Below the pieces are notes generated by a model that was not told where the DNA came from, searched no databases, and saw only the letters and a list, made by a program, of their open reading frames with translations. From IMG/VR virus record IMGVR_UViG_3300005537_000315, positions 1-57,122 of that record: a DNA stretch of 57,122 nt; one strand, written 5' to 3'. Positions 20,345 to 29,739 of this stretch are shown one piece after another. Each line of letters starts with the position of its first letter. Position 1 is the first letter of the stretch. This DNA comes from a virus (taxonomy: Duplodnaviria > Caudoviricetes). The position numbers were made by a program, and so were the translations under genes.

Positions 20345-20622
20345 CGAATACTCCCTAGTTCGTGTTCCCTGATTTTGTTTACGACGTACTTTTCGATGGT
20401 CAGAACCCCAACTTGATCCCACGCCATCTCACGCACTTCGTTGCGTAGCTTCTCCCGAAAACCGATGCTCACGAAATTCGATCCAGCTGTGTCGATACGC
20501 TTGTAAATCTCGGCCAGCTTCGCTCGCGCCCATTCCTGAGTGCCGCGCTTAGGCTGATTTGCCTGTGGCTCCTGGGGTTGCTCGTCTTTCGGGACGATTG
20601 GTTTGTCAAACAAATGGCCCAC
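20341..20622 (-). CDS. hypothetical protein
   Basis: Operon-packed ORF. Confidence 0.65.
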   Translation of the reverse strand: MGHLFDKPIVPKDEQPQEPQANQPKRGTQEWARAKLAEIYKRIDTAGSNFVSIGFREKLRNEVREMAWDQVGVLTIEKYVVNKIREHELGSIR

Positions 20623-22284
20623 TTATGCCTTCCACTTCCCCGCGTATTGCGTGATGATCGCACGCTTCCCGTTCTTGTACGTCAGAATGTTGCTGTGACT
20701 TTGAGAATTCGGCCCCTTCATGTAGTCCCAACGGCACTTTGCCAAGGTTCCGGCCACGTACAGCCCGTCGTATATCCCAGCGCTATGAGTGTGCGCCGTA
20801 TTAGCGCGGCGAGCCATTTTCGATAGGTTCTCAGGCGTTCCGAATCGACCCGATGGCCCCAGATGTCCGTGCATGCCGCATTCGATCTTACCACCAGCGA
20901 TCTTGTAAGATTCGTCGGCAATCAAAAACTTCGCCGGAGCCTTATATCCGCCGACTTCTCGCAAAGCATATTCGAGAACGTTAATGTCTCGCACCATTTT
21001 TGGATTCGCAGTGCGAGCACGCGACTGTTCATCGGTTACGCCGTTGCGAATCTGCCCGTACAGATACGCTTGCAGCTTCAAAAAGACCTCAGTATTGGGC
21101 GGGTCTTTTCGATAGTCATACTCGCGGAGCCAGCGCTTCAACCACACGTCATCGTGGTTCGAGTCGACGATCACGGTCTTAACGTCTGGGCGATCAAAAG
21201 CAGCCATGATTTTCGCAGTGTCGACTAATTCATTGTCCAGTTTGTGATAACCGCGAAGCCAAGTGTGAAACTTCTCGTGATTCGTTTGGTATCGGCGCTG
21301 ATGCGGATTAACCGCCGCGCCTTCCATAACATCATGCAAAAACTGAACACGAGGACGAAGTGAATCCAGCATGTTCAAAGATAAACGAACAGCCTCTTCA
21401 TCTGCGAACGTGCCGTGAAGGTCGCCATACGTGATAGCCTCGACCGATTCGTTCTTGCTTACAATATTTCCGCCTTGCGCGAGAATATTCAAATCCTGAA
21501 TCGTGTCGGTACCCTGGTCGTAGTTCAACTGTCGAACGAACCAGTTACCATCGCTGTTCACCTCGACAAGCAAACCACCATAGATGTGGTGAAACTCGGC
21601 CTTGAGTCCTTCGCGTTTTTGAATGTAGTTCTTCTGCGTCACCGTGCCTGTGGTGTAGCTCAGCTTCACACCTTCGCCTTGCATCGTCGGCAGGCTGCGC
21701 ATTGCCAGCTTCGCGTGAGGGAAAATAGCAGACTTGCGTCCCGAGTACGCCTCGAAGCCCGCTAGCGGGTTCACCGCTGTGGGCAGCGTGTTCATCTCGC
21801 CGCACCACACGAGGCCATTAGCTAGCTCGATTCGCCTATCCGCAAAATACGGAGATACATTTGGATCATACCAAAGCAGTCTTCCGGTAGGCTTATGTTT
21901 GCCGCGCTTGACACTCAGTTGGCCGTACGCGTTCTGGTTATAAGTGTACGTGCCAATCAAGATTCGTGCGTTGTAATACTTCGCCAAGGCCTTCAGGTTG
22001 GCCCACACTTCGTCGTGCACTTTGGTGTTGTTCTGCGCAGACGACAGGATGTAGCGGTACACCTCGCCGCTTGGAGGCAGAGGCAGCTTTTCGGTTTCAG
22101 TTCCTAGGATCGTTCCGCCTGATAATGGCTTGCCCATCAGCCCTGTGTTCGCCAGCTTGCGGCGCACAGAGGAACGACTGATGCCCAGTTCCTTCGCCGT
22201 CTTTCTAATGTTGCCTTTGTTACTGTTGAATACCGCAGACACTTCGTCCACGGTCAGCCTATCGGCCTTCGGTACGTTGCTCAT
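20623..22284 (-). CDS. HTH plus metallophosphoesterase-like protein, T5 A1-like
   Basis: N-terminal Fis-type HTH (NIRKTAKELGISRSSVRRKL) and GDLH, HD, SNHD, HGH, HTHS metal-binding motifs in 553 aa. The A1 likeness is from recall. Confidence 0.65.
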   Translation of the reverse strand: MSNVPKADRLTVDEVSAVFNSNKGNIRKTAKELGISRSSVRRKLANTGLMGKPLSGGTILGTETEKLPLPPSGEVYRYILSSAQNNTKVHDEVWANLKALAKYYNARILIGTYTYNQNAYGQLSVKRGKHKPTGRLLWYDPNVSPYFADRRIELANGLVWCGEMNTLPTAVNPLAGFEAYSGRKSAIFPHAKLAMRSLPTMQGEGVKLSYTTGTVTQKNYIQKREGLKAEFHHIYGGLLVEVNSDGNWFVRQLNYDQGTDTIQDLNILAQGGNIVSKNESVEAITYGDLHGTFADEEAVRLSLNMLDSLRPRVQFLHDVMEGAAVNPHQRRYQTNHEKFHTWLRGYHKLDNELVDTAKIMAAFDRPDVKTVIVDSNHDDVWLKRWLREYDYRKDPPNTEVFLKLQAYLYGQIRNGVTDEQSRARTANPKMVRDINVLEYALREVGGYKAPAKFLIADESYKIAGGKIECGMHGHLGPSGRFGTPENLSKMARRANTAHTHSAGIYDGLYVAGTLAKCRWDYMKGPNSQSHSNILTYKNGKRAIITQYAGKWKA

Positions 22285-22295
22285 ATTCCCTCTGT

Positions 22296-23030
22296 TTATC
22301 GATGTAAGCCGTAGCCAATGACAGCACTGATGATCGCGATAAGGATATTGCGCTTCCTTGCTTGTGCTTTCACGTCTTTGATCTCGGCGTCTTTCGTTAC
22401 GATTGTTTGCTTACAGGTGTCATTATCAGACGTGTGGGCCTTTTTCTCATCCTCGAACTTCGTTTGATTGTTCGTAGCGATTTGCATCTCCGCAGTGAGT
22501 GAGGCTTTCAAATCTGTATTGTCCTTCGACAACACCGGAACTTGTATGAGTGCGTCAACCGACTTTTGTGCGAGCGGCAGCGGCACATCGAAATCGCCGT
22601 TCGTGCTGATTGTCGGCGCGGCCTCGTTTGCTGCTGCTCCCCACTTAGTGGCTAACTGAGATGGCGGGAGAGTCTTGATGTCCTGACGATCTTTAAATAG
22701 CTGTGCATCACGAGCCACGATGGACGCACTTAGGCCTGTCAGTTGCGTTTGGAGATTCGCGTTTTGCTGTGTGAGCGTGTCGATCTGCTTCTGTGTCGTG
22801 GCCTGTGTTTGCTCATTCGCTTTTTGCATCTGAGCCAATAGCGCCATGTCTTCGACGTGTTGATCGTGTGCTCTGCGTGCAAGAATGCTCTCTATACCAT
22901 AGATCGAACCTATTACCAATACGCCAACAGCTAGCAAAAGGAAGAGGTGGTGTCTGGCCCAGTCAATGTCCCTGGTTACGACGTTTTGAACCTGTGTGTC
23001 TGTGCTCATTTTTGGTTTGCTACCTTCCAC
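22296..23030 (-). CDS. membrane-anchored coiled-coil protein
   Basis: Hydrophobic segments at both termini flank a Q/T-rich coiled coil. Confidence 0.7.
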   Translation of the reverse strand: MEGSKPKMSTDTQVQNVVTRDIDWARHHLFLLLAVGVLVIGSIYGIESILARRAHDQHVEDMALLAQMQKANEQTQATTQKQIDTLTQQNANLQTQLTGLSASIVARDAQLFKDRQDIKTLPPSQLATKWGAAANEAAPTISTNGDFDVPLPLAQKSVDALIQVPVLSKDNTDLKASLTAEMQIATNNQTKFEDEKKAHTSDNDTCKQTIVTKDAEIKDVKAQARKRNILIAIISAVIGYGLHR

Positions 23031-23038
23031 TAAAACAG

Positions 23039-23473
23039 CTATTGTATGGCACGAATTTTCTTTCGCTTTTCTTTCTCTATTCGTCTCAACATGAGACGGT
23101 GCTTCTTGGTGTTGACCTTGCCGGGATAGCCGTAGTGGGCGTAACCGAGAGCGGTCGTCGCCGGGGGCGTCTGCACGTAGGCCAGGAGATTGCGAACGAA
23201 TTCAACGAAGGACACAGACTCTTGCCTGTGCATGCCTAGGCGAACCCAGGCATTTTCTAGCTTGCCTAGGATCGGGTTACACTGCGAACAAAGAAGTCCT
23301 CGGAACAGCCCGTCTAAGTGAGAGTGATCGGTAGCTAAGCGCTTACCTGTATGGCACGGTCGACCGCACAACGCGCAAACGCCGCGTTGATACGTGTTGA
23401 CAGTTTCCCATTTTTCGATGGTCAGCTTAAAGCCATCCATCAAACGCTTGGCGCGTGCTTTATCGTTCTCCAT
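23039..23473 (-). CDS. endonuclease VII family protein
   Basis: QRGVCALCG...LATDHSH..GLFRGLLCSQCN. Confidence 0.88.
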   Translation of the reverse strand: MENDKARAKRLMDGFKLTIEKWETVNTYQRGVCALCGRPCHTGKRLATDHSHLDGLFRGLLCSQCNPILGKLENAWVRLGMHRQESVSFVEFVRNLLAYVQTPPATTALGYAHYGYPGKVNTKKHRLMLRRIEKEKRKKIRAIQ

Positions 23474-23605
23474 GTCACTAAAACAGGAAAACTATGGCAC
23501 GATTTTTATCCCGGCGTACCCCCATCGTAAAATCTGTTTTGTCGAATGCTCACGCGGCCACTCAAACGAAATTCTCTGAACCAAAATTTGTCTCGCGCCA
23601 AGGTT

Positions 23606-23788
23606 CTAGTACGTCTCGCGCGACAAATAGTTAATGAAGCCCCAACCATACATAGCGCGGATGTTGCGAATAATCTCCACCTCTGGTCCGTCATCGGCTG
23701 GATCGTATGCACACTCATTCCCCGCAGGCGATTTGTAAAACGCCGTCGCGTGCCCACTTGTGTTACTGAAGTCTAGTCGTTCGTACAT
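23606..23788 (-). CDS. hypothetical protein (frame stays open past TAG to 23492)
   Basis: AGGAG RBS. Confidence 0.5.
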   Translation of the reverse strand: MYERLDFSNTSGHATAFYKSPAGNECAYDPADDGPEVEIIRNIRAMYGWGFINYLSRETY

Positions 23789-24072
23789 TTGTCAATTCTC
23801 CTTAACACATTCTTGACATGCGTCGCGCAGCACGCCATTCTTGTCAGGCTTCTGATACCCCGCGATGCGCTCGGGGTGATCTTCGTCTGGCCTTTTCTTG
23901 CAAAAGAAACACACATCTTCCCCGTAGGGACCTAGGTCTTCTGACATGACATTCCTTTCCACGGCACGATCCGGCCACCTTCAAAAGTCACAGGCGCGAT
24001 ACCACACGACTTTAGAAAATCATTGTTTTGGCGATAGCTGCGTTGCTCATTTGGTGGTGCCTCCTATTCATG

Positions 24073-24123
24073 AGTATACGCCTATCCTAAGAGAATGCAA
24101 TAGTACGAATGGCCTAGTACTTT
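24073..24123 (-). promoter_or_regulatory. promoter with upstream AAAGTACTAGGCCATTCGTAC box
   Basis: TTGCAT-16-TATACT. The box is identical to that at 29709-29729. Confidence 0.65.
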
Positions 24124-24235
24124 CTCTCCGGGGGCTTTGGGGCGCGTCGGTCAGACTGGCTGGCTATGACGCACAGAAACAGGCCAAATAAGCCTATAAC
24201 AAGCCCTAGAAATGCTGCGACCGTGATTAAAGTCT

Positions 24236-24640
24236 TCATTCCTCGTTCCCCTCTTTCTTGTGCTTCCTAGGAATAAGACCTACATTGCGCACACCATAAC
24301 GATCCATGCCACAGCGTAGGTACAGCTTAGGACCTTCGTTGTACGGTCTGCACAACACGAGAGCATCGTCAGACAGAGGCGCGGGATGACTACCCTCTAT
24401 CGGCTCAATTGTATAAGCGATGCGTACGTCCTGAGCCTCCATCACGTAACGACCAACAGAATCACGATGGTCAAGCTTGAAAACAACCTGCTCGCCTACG
24501 TGAGCCTCTTGCGCCGAGGCGGGTTTCAAATACCAAATAGCCCAGCCTGAAAAGCCAAACAGCACAGCATAGGAACAAATTGTCAGTCGAACGATCCCTT
24601 TGATTTGTTTTTGCGTTAATCCGGGTACGCGAATTTTCAT
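24236..24640 (-). CDS. hypothetical membrane protein
   Basis: GGAGAGG RBS, N-terminal transmembrane segment. Confidence 0.65.
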   Translation of the reverse strand: MKIRVPGLTQKQIKGIVRLTICSYAVLFGFSGWAIWYLKPASAQEAHVGEQVVFKLDHRDSVGRYVMEAQDVRIAYTIEPIEGSHPAPLSDDALVLCRPYNEGPKLYLRCGMDRYGVRNVGLIPRKHKKEGNEE

Positions 24641-24867
24641 AAAATCACCTCTCCTCGTGTGTCAGCGTAAAACTGATTCGTACTACGTGTAGCGTCCTTC
24701 GCTCCTACAATCCTGACAGCACACTCAGGACAATAAGGGCCATTTAGTGGCGTGCTATCTTTTTCGATAAACCAGTCGCTCCCGTTGTCCTCTGCGCTGC
24801 ATCCTCGACATCGCAGAACACGAAAGCGCTTGATAGCTTCGCGCCACGATATGAGAACCATCCGCAT
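24637..24867 (-). CDS. hypothetical zinc-ribbon protein
   Basis: CRGC and CPEC. Confidence 0.6.
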   Translation of the reverse strand: MRMVLISWREAIKRFRVLRCRGCSAEDNGSDWFIEKDSTPLNGPYCPECAVRIVGAKDATRSTNQFYADTRGEVIL

Positions 24868-25286
24868 TTAAATAATCCCCTGCCCGTAATCCGGCGAAGT
24901 CGTGAAGTTGTCAACGTAATCCTTAGACTCCTTTAAACCCATCGCCGTAGCCGCACGGCTTTTATGGCGTTGATTTTATTTCCCGTCGCCAATTCGCGGG
25001 CAACAATTTCGTTAACCTCTCGGCGGTTGGCACGGTTCTTCAAAGCGTACGCGAGACGATCAAATCCCACGGCAACAATTTCGTTAACCTCTTGACGGTT
25101 GGCAAGGTTCTTCAAAGCGTACGCGAGACGATCAAATCCCACGGCGTCATTTTCAAAAGCCTTGGCAAGATACCGCGAGGCAACTTGATTAGCGACACTC
25201 CTGTATTCTTCCGCCGCAGCTTCTACGGCGAGAAGCAATTCATCGCGTTCCTGCTTGGTGATCTTTAGTGTAAAAAGTTTGTCCAT
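24868..25286 (-). pseudogene. protein with ribosomal bL12 C-terminal-like domain, frameshifted, containing a 72-bp duplication
   Basis: NKINAIKAVR, then ATAMGLKESKDYVDN in a shifted frame, matching KIxxIKxVRxxTGLGLKEAKDLVE. Confidence 0.65.
24999..25145. repeat. 72-bp tandem duplication
   Basis: Two near-identical copies starting at 24999 and 25071 (VGFDRLAYALKNxANRxEVNEIVA). Confidence 0.95.
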
Positions 25287-25305
25287 GTTTTCTCCTTGAA
25301 AAATT

Positions 25306-26622
25306 TTAGCCCCAGGCTACTGTCTTGAGAAACTTTTTCAAATCCACCGCTTCTTTTTGTGCGACCTTCTTGGCGGCTACTTCTTCCGCCGTTGGTTGCA
25401 CCGTCGCGCGAGTAATCATGGTCTGCTTGACTTCGTCGCGAACTTCATGTCGCTTTACGGAAGCTTTGAACGGTGCCACCGTCTGGCCTTGTTCCCAGCC
25501 CATATCGTTCGATGCGAAGTAGGCCAGAACGTTGTTGCCTTGCTTCATTTTGTAAAAGTGTGTCACGCCAAAATCTGATTCGTACGTGTTGGTGTAGACC
25601 ACGAGTACATTCTCGAAAATCATGCGCTCGCCAACCACGCCGACGAACTCAGAATTCTTGTCAGACTCGATCCGGGCATTGCGGCGAATAGTGCGTTCTT
25701 TCTCTCGGGAATAAGCACTGATTGCGGAGACCGCGTATCCGAATTCCTTAGAACGAATAGCCGTTGTGCGAGACAGAAGAGACAGGTTGTACAAGTAGTC
25801 GTCTGTCGTGTTCGCGTCGATTGTGCCCAGCCATTCCATCGTCTCGGCGACTAGGGCTTTATCCTCTTCGCTCACCGTCAGCTTATGTTCGAAATTTTCG
25901 CGAGTCTTGGGGCCACCAAACATCCAATCTCGTGTGCGCTGCGCCGTCGAAGTTTTGTCGAACTCACGCGCCGACTTCCCAGACAGCCAGCCATATTGAC
26001 GGATAGCAGATGCGCCGATTTCGAGCACTTCAGACATCAAGTAGCGATCCAGCGCAGAAGAGCCGCCACCGCCAAAACCTTCATCCTCTGCCATCCCCAT
26101 CAAATCATCCGCGTCGATCAAAATCTGTGCTAGTTCTGCGAGAGTCTCGGGATTCGTCAGTCCCAGATAATACGCGAGACAGTTGCGACCGATTTGGCGA
26201 AAACCATTTTCGTTCGCAATCACGAACGTTTCAAGACGGCGACGGTGCGTCTTGCAGTGGTCACAGTAATTGTCTGCGTTGCGGAAGTGCTCAGGAATAC
26301 TGCCCTCGAATCCAGGAACTTGACGCATGACATTGCCCAAGAGATTACCGTTTTCATCGAACGCAGGCGACAGCACAGCGGCAAACTCATACCCGTTGAT
26401 CTTGGGGCGACCTTCAGACCGGAGAGTCACAGAGTAGATGCGGCGCACCACTTTGACATATTCGTCGAACTCATTCAGCTTGCTATGCGTTTCCTCGCGG
26501 TACTCACCAACCGTCATCACAGGCGCGGCAATTTTGGCGCGATTGCAGCGGCGCGTCAGCCTGTCCATTTGCACCCGTAGCTTATCGAGATTCTGCTCGG
26601 GAACTTGGTAGGTGTTTTCCAT
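25306..26622 (-). CDS. hypothetical protein, possible C-terminal OB-fold
   Basis: 438 aa, CDHCKTHRRR, C-terminal SEFVGVVGER beta-rich region, own promoter. Confidence 0.8.
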   Translation of the reverse strand: MENTYQVPEQNLDKLRVQMDRLTRRCNRAKIAAPVMTVGEYREETHSKLNEFDEYVKVVRRIYSVTLRSEGRPKINGYEFAAVLSPAFDENGNLLGNVMRQVPGFEGSIPEHFRNADNYCDHCKTHRRRLETFVIANENGFRQIGRNCLAYYLGLTNPETLAELAQILIDADDLMGMAEDEGFGGGGSSALDRYLMSEVLEIGASAIRQYGWLSGKSAREFDKTSTAQRTRDWMFGGPKTRENFEHKLTVSEEDKALVAETMEWLGTIDANTTDDYLYNLSLLSRTTAIRSKEFGYAVSAISAYSREKERTIRRNARIESDKNSEFVGVVGERMIFENVLVVYTNTYESDFGVTHFYKMKQGNNVLAYFASNDMGWEQGQTVAPFKASVKRHEVRDEVKQTMITRATVQPTAEEVAAKKVAQKEAVDLKKFLKTVAWG

Positions 26623-26628
26623 GCCCTT

Positions 26629-26656
26629 AGTCTACGCTTATCCTCGCCAGTGTCAA
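26629..26656 (-). promoter_or_regulatory. sigma70-like promoter
   Basis: TTGACA-16-TAGACT just upstream of the ATG at 26622. Confidence 0.6.
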
Positions 26657-26669
26657 CAACAAAAAAGTA

Positions 26670-26903
26670 CTAGGACTCTAGCTCTGTCATCGCTTCAAAC
26701 GTTCGTACTAGGTCTGAAACATCAGCCTCGGGTAACTCATCTACGGTCGGCCACATTTCAGGTTTAGTACTGGTAATCACCTGAATCATTTTGTCGATTC
26801 TATCCATTGGTATCCTTTGCATTTCTAAATTTTGTCGAGCCTCCTGCCGCCTGGGCAAATACTGCCTGGGGTGTGGATTTTTGCGTCCTGGGCCTTCAGT
26901 CAT
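26670..26903 (-). CDS. hypothetical protein
   Basis: 77 aa ORF directly after the large structured RNA. Confidence 0.45.
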   Translation of the reverse strand: MTEGPGRKNPHPRQYLPRRQEARQNLEMQRIPMDRIDKMIQVITSTKPEMWPTVDELPEADVSDLVRTFEAMTELES

Positions 26904-27405
26904 GCTGCCTACCTTTCGAGTAGGCCACCTAGCTCCCCTTCACCTTCGCAGGTCGTTTCTAAGGCAGTGATAACGGCTCGGTCGAACCCTTTGCCCTGAT
27001 TCACGCTGGCTCACAGCCCGTGTTCCCATTGTGACGACTGTGCATTTCTGCCTTTTGCGTCACGGGTAACGTTTTCTCGGGTGACATGCCTCTGCGCTCA
27101 GTCGCCGTGGTTCTCTACTACTTCCGACGAACTCACATCGAGTGTGAGCGCTTGCCGGAAAATCGGTTTTGGTGAGTAGCCCGAGGTAGGCGCGGATGAG
27201 TCGCCTCGTTCTCAGTGTTATGCTCCCCCCGCCAGGATTCGAACCTAGGTCTTCCGCGTAGTGTTTGCAAGTGTCTAGGGCACTTTGGTGAAGACCTAGA
27301 AGCTTCACCGCATCACGTACGGACGTTCTAAACCGCTAAACTACGGGGGGCCAGTTTGAATGGCTCCCTAACACTCCTGAGCCACTCACCAAAACCAATT
27401 TACAA
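26900..27405 (-). ncRNA. candidate large structured RNA containing a tRNA-like domain (27224-27350)
   Basis: 7-bp acceptor stem, D arm, TTCGAAT T-loop, 23-bp enclosing helix, many further hairpins, no credible ORF. Confidence 0.7.
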
Positions 27406-27409
27406 ATTC

Positions 27410-27438
27410 AGCTTACATGAAACACAAAACCTTGTCAA
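27410..27438 (-). promoter_or_regulatory. sigma70-like promoter of the structured RNA
   Basis: TTGACA-17-TAAGCT with an A-rich UP element. Confidence 0.7.
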
Positions 27439-27586
27439 GCACTTTTTTCAATTTTTTCGTCTTCGGGCTTTTGCCACAAGTTCTCAAGGTTTTGTTGAAA
27501 ACGCTTCTCTTCCTCTTCGACGCGACGGCTTGCCTGAAGTTCAAAATACCTATCAATCCAATCCAGAATTTTATTAAACGGCCACA

Positions 27587-27802
27587 TTACCGCTTCCTCC
27601 CTTTGTTCTGTGCTTCTCGACTAGCTCGGCACGCATCGCAGCGCGTCCTACGTTCTGCCTTGCGTGTGCAGCATCGAAGGCACCAAAGTTTTTCCTGGGG
27701 GCCTCCGTTCAAAGCTTGGACGCGCAAACGCTCGTTATCGTCCCTGAATCCTGCACGTCGAAAACGCGTTGGCAAGGCGAGGGTCACAACCCGCGTCTCC
27801 AT
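27587..27802 (-). CDS. hypothetical zinc-finger protein
   Basis: CLRC and CDAC. Confidence 0.5.
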   Translation of the reverse strand: METRVVTLALPTRFRRAGFRDDNERLRVQALNGGPQEKLWCLRCCTRKAERRTRCDACRASREAQNKGRKR

Positions 27803-27978
27803 GTTCCCATAAGCTGATTCGCGATTGCACCAAAAAATTCGCTGCCCAGGTAACCCTGCACGTACAGTCCAGCTTTCACGGCGTGAAGCGCTGCCTCGTC
27901 GAGAAGCATAATCAGCTTACACAAATTCTGGCGCTCCTCTTCGGTCTTCGGTATATTGACTGCCATTCCTATTTGCAT
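27784..27978 (-). CDS. hypothetical protein
   Basis: GGAGG RBS, TAATG coupling. Confidence 0.6.
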   Translation of the reverse strand: MQIGMAVNIPKTEEERQNLCKLIMLLDEAALHAVKAGLYVQGYLGSEFFGAIANQLMGTWRRGL

Positions 27979-28485
27979 TATGGTTTTCCTCCTTCCTTCA
28001 TTGAAAAGAACTTATCAGGGACGCAGGTCGCCGTATCGCTACAATAAAACGCCTTGTATGGTGTGCCTTCGATGTCGGCATACATCAGCCCGGAATTCTT
28101 GCGCGATCCGCACGCGAGGCACTGCACGATACAAGGTATCGAGTCCGGGCTGTCCATCGGAATTAAGAGCATATTCTCCAGCCTTCTTGACGCATGCGCG
28201 TCACGTCCTGTTTCCAACACGTTTGTAGCCATTCGCAAAAAATATCGAAGTGTGCGTACGATATTACCAATACCCGCAAGCCTGTGGGCAGTTTATACGT
28301 GCCTATCCATCTTCTGTCTTCCTTCTTAATCGTGACCCGCATTCGTAACATTTAGCGTACCGCCCTCCGGTAGAACTGAATAAGAAACAGACCGACGCGG
28401 CCAATTATCCAGCCGCGTGCTTGCAGCCGCTCGGCTTGCTTGAGTCCCTTGAGAGTGCTCGTGTCAACTGTACGGTATTCAATCC

Positions 28486-28917
28486 TCACGATTGCGCCTC
28501 CGTGTTGCGAACTCGAATTGTCTGATACGCGAGCATATTCTTCCGTGCCTCGCCGATAGCCTCACGAATCATATCGTGAAAATAAGAGCCACAGCGACCG
28601 AGACTACCAGGAGTCAGCTTCTGGCGCTTCTCGCGACGCGCGTACTTGGCATTCTGTACACCACACTCGCGGTGATTCATGAAGTCTTCAAGCGATTTGT
28701 ATATGCAGCCTCCCAAGTAATCGGTGCCTACTTCGTGGCCTTGAAAGAAAACGCGCACACGAGCCACAAACGCCATTAGCTCGCCGGATTGCAGTCCTTT
28801 AAGCGTGCTGCCGTCTTCGTCAAAAGACAAGTCTAGGTCGTTCTCCTCAAGCGCGTCGCAGACGACCTTGAAGTTTTTCGTGTTGAACTCCCGCATGGTG
28901 CCAATTTTGTGACTCAT
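28486..28917 (-). CDS. hypothetical protein
   Basis: GAGGAG RBS, downstream of a promoter. Confidence 0.75.
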   Translation of the reverse strand: MSHKIGTMREFNTKNFKVVCDALEENDLDLSFDEDGSTLKGLQSGELMAFVARVRVFFQGHEVGTDYLGGCIYKSLEDFMNHRECGVQNAKYARREKRQKLTPGSLGRCGSYFHDMIREAIGEARKNMLAYQTIRVRNTEAQS

Positions 28918-28957
28918 TTTTTATCTCCTCGCTCGCCCTTTGGGCTTGCGTGATACC

Positions 28958-28996
28958 ATCATACGCTTCTGAGTACCGAAGTCAATGGTACGAATG
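28958..28996 (-). promoter_or_regulatory. promoter with partial upstream box
   Basis: CATTCGTACCA-TTGACT-16-TATGAT. Confidence 0.65.
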
Positions 28997-29081
28997 TACT
29001 ACCTTCTGAATCCAAACGTGCGGGTATCGTCGCGCACTTCCCATGAGCAGACCTGACAGGTGCCGAGGTGTGTGGCTTTGG

Positions 29082-29330
29082 TCATTGCGCCGCCTTGACA
29101 TCAGGACACTGAGCCGTTTGTGACCCTTGACATACGTGGCAATACGTCTTCTTTGGCTCGACGTGAAAAACTTCGGCGTTGACTGAGCCGACTTTGTGCT
29201 GTGTCCCGCGCTCGTCCTCATACCCTCGCGCCGACATCTTGGTGCAGCGCAGATAAAAACTGTTGTACATGGGCTTGGCGTCGTTGAGCCAGTCGAACGT
29301 GTCGCCTACTTTCAAGTCGCGAAATTTCAT
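29082..29330 (-). CDS. hypothetical protein
   Basis: GGAGG RBS before MKFRDLKVGDTF. Confidence 0.65.
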   Translation of the reverse strand: MKFRDLKVGDTFDWLNDAKPMYNSFYLRCTKMSARGYEDERGTQHKVGSVNAEVFHVEPKKTYCHVCQGSQTAQCPDVKAAQ

Positions 29331-29659
29331 GCTGTCCTCCGGTTGTCGAATCGACCGTGACGAAAGCGGTCGCGAAACAGAACAGAGCCATCGAACTCGG
29401 GGTCGTTTACGTCGCCAGCGATTTTCTTTTTGTCTGGCGTGCCATAGCCCTTGATGCCATAGATGATGCCTGTTGAAATTTCCACCATCCATGCTCCTGA
29501 TCCGCCGACGTCTAAGCGGATGTACTTCGCGCCTTCATGCGTGTGCTTCTGTTCCTGGGTGTCGAACGTAGCCATGAGGTTGGTGTATCCGCGACGTACG
29601 AAGTCTTGACGGTGCGCTTCGTGCCACTGTGAGAGAATCTGATTGAGTCGCTCGGTCAT
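29327..29659 (-). CDS. hypothetical protein
   Basis: AGGAG RBS before MTERLNQ. Confidence 0.7.
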   Translation of the reverse strand: MTERLNQILSQWHEAHRQDFVRRGYTNLMATFDTQEQKHTHEGAKYIRLDVGGSGAWMVEISTGIIYGIKGYGTPDKKKIAGDVNDPEFDGSVLFRDRFRHGRFDNRRTA

Positions 29660-29678
29660 GGTGTTTTCTCCTGCCACC

Positions 29679-29729
29679 ATCATACTCCAGCGAGTTTAGA
29701 AGTCAATGGTACGAATGGCCTAGTACTTT
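29679..29729 (-). promoter_or_regulatory. promoter with upstream AAAGTACTAGGCCATTCGTAC box
   Basis: TTGACT-16-TATGAT. Confidence 0.7.
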
Positions 29730-29739
29730 AGGCTTCCCT

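Noticed and set aside
26900-27220. Group I intron (GGCGACTG...CAGTCG resembles P7)
   Set aside because: I could not find a convincing P3/P4/P6 core or flanking exons. Kept only as an unknown structured RNA.
27300-27325. Reading the minus-strand tRNA-like element as tRNA-His(GTG)
   Set aside because: The alternative loop AC-GTG-AT lacks U33, leaves an implausible 60-nt variable region, and the gene has no CCA or His C73.
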